DNA of 64,000 bases from Lytechinus pictus (taxonomy: Eukaryota): NCBI RefSeq assembly GCF_037042905.1, contig NC_087246.1, forward strand, positions 9,798,001 to 9,862,000, read 5' to 3'. This document shows positions 62,579 to 64,000 of this stretch, one piece after another. The notes under the pieces are model-generated. The model ran no database searches. It was not told the DNA's origin and saw nothing but the letters and a program-made list of their open reading frames with translations. How positions within the stretch are numbered: the first letter of the stretch is position 1; the number at the start of each line of letters is the position of its first letter. Made by a program: the position numbers and the translations under genes.

Positions 62579-63051
62579 TATGTTATGGTGTAGTCGCAGA
62601 TCACATGGTAAAGTCAAAGGTCATTTTGAGATCAACATTAAAGCTTACGCTCAGGTCAACGTAAAAGTTTACGTGCAAGACTCTCTAATGACATATAACT
62701 CCGCAACCGTAAGTCACGTTCACCCAAACTTGGGTTGTAGATGTACTTAGGAGACCTGCATGTAATATTGTGCAGTCAAGGGTCATTTTGAGGTCAACAT
62801 TAAAGTTCACGTGCAAGACTCTCTTATGACACATAACTCTGCAACAGCTAGTAAGTTACTTTTCACCCAAACTTGTGTTGTACAGGTACTTAAGAGACCT
62901 GCATGTTTTTCTGCAGTCGGAGGTCACATGGTAAGGTCAAAGGTCAAGTTCAGGTCAACGTTAAGGTTTACGTGCAAGACTCTCTTATGATCGTGCGCAC
63001 TAGCTGCGCAACCGTAAATCACTTTTCAATCAAGCTTGGATTGTAGATGTA

Positions 63052-63913
63052 GGGGAAGGCGGGGTAAGTTGTGACACTTTTTGCATTTTGCATGTTAGAA
63101 TTGATATGACTAGTAATATTGTAGAAATAAGTACCTTGCCTTCAAATTAAATTCTTGGGAAATATTTTTCACCTATATATAACTTTCTACCCCCACACTG
63201 AAAGTCACCGTGACCTTTGAAAAAAACGATGTCAAATGGCTCAATTTGCCCCATCTGTGGGGTAAGTTGTGCCACCGTCTGAAGTAAGTTGAGCCACAAA
63301 AACTATGTACAAAATGTATGCGGGAAGAACCAGGATGTCAATTTTTCATTTAAAGTCTTTTCACTTGCTAATTCTGTATAAATACTAACATCTTCTAAAA
63401 GTAAAAGAACTGTCATGTGAATTTGCTCCTTTCTGCCTGCATATCAATGGCTTTTTACGTTTTTTAATTTTATTATACATCACCATAAGAATTACCATGG
63501 CTCAACTTGCCCCATGTTGATTTGGCTTAAATTACCCCAGTCCGAACTTATTGCGATATTTTCACATCCACACATTTCTTATGCATTCATCATGTAAAAG
63601 ACTTTGACAAGAATGAGAATCCATACGTACCTGGACTAACAATATTGTTCTTATTTCTATAATATATTTAAAGACGTGTGTGGGTAAAAAGCACTTATCT
63701 ATTTCACACCCTTTTTTACTTTTTTGGCTGAAATTTGTATTTTTCCCTCTAAAAAAGTACATTTTGTTTCAAAGTTGAAAACAAAGTGGTGGGGTTAAGG
63801 GTTATGCAATGGGTCATCAATACATGACACCACCACAATGTCTGACTCATTCATTATTAGCTTGGGGGTGGTGGCTCAACTTGCCCCTATGCTCAACTTA
63901 CCCCGCCTTCCCC
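63052..63913. mobile_element. TA-TSD MITE (Tc1/mariner-pogo type)
   Basis: TA-GGGGAAGGCGGGGTAAGTTG...CAACTTACCCCGCCTTCCCC-TA. Removal restores the host unit GATGTACTTAG. Confidence 0.85.
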
Positions 63914-63982
63914 TACTTAGAAGACCTGCATGTTATGCTGCAGTCAGTATTAATTTGTCATTCTCATTTTTCTTCACATGTT

Positions 63983-64000
63983 TGTCTCACCTGCATAGCA
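63983..64000 (+). mobile_element. Start of a third HINE-type copy (cut by the window end)
   Basis: TGTCTCACCTGCATAGCA is identical to the first 18 nt of the copy at 11571. Confidence 0.7.

Larger units (their letters stand above)
61860..63945 (+). repeat. ~150-bp tandem array (HINE-like units) interrupted by two MITEs
   Basis: Recurrent CACTTTTCAACCAAACTTGGATTGTAGATGTACTTAG..GACCTGCATG and GTCAAAGGTCA units. Confidence 0.65.

Overview
AT-rich, intron- and transposon-rich animal genomic DNA. The repeat families suggest a marine invertebrate, probably a sea urchin (inference). It holds three host genes. (1) The last two coding exons of a probable coronin on + (2049-2291, 5196-5300), ending in an RIAALE coiled coil. 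(2) A complete four-exon intracellular lipid-binding protein (FABP/CRABP family, 139 aa) on - (27992->21568). (3) A second, divergent coronin on + (seven exons, 29579-59400), running off the window and containing a GC-AG intron. Introns and intergenic DNA carry a decayed Hero-like RT/RLE retrotransposon whose ORF starts with a signal-peptide-like leader. They also carry an L1/Tx1-type LINE with a twin-priming 5' inversion and a 14-bp TSD, an inverted pair of near-identical Helentron-type (HINE) elements packed with DR1 nuclear-receptor motifs, tRNA-derived SINEs and many nested MITEs. No prokaryote-type system (CRISPR, operon) is supported. All calls were made by eye with no database searches.
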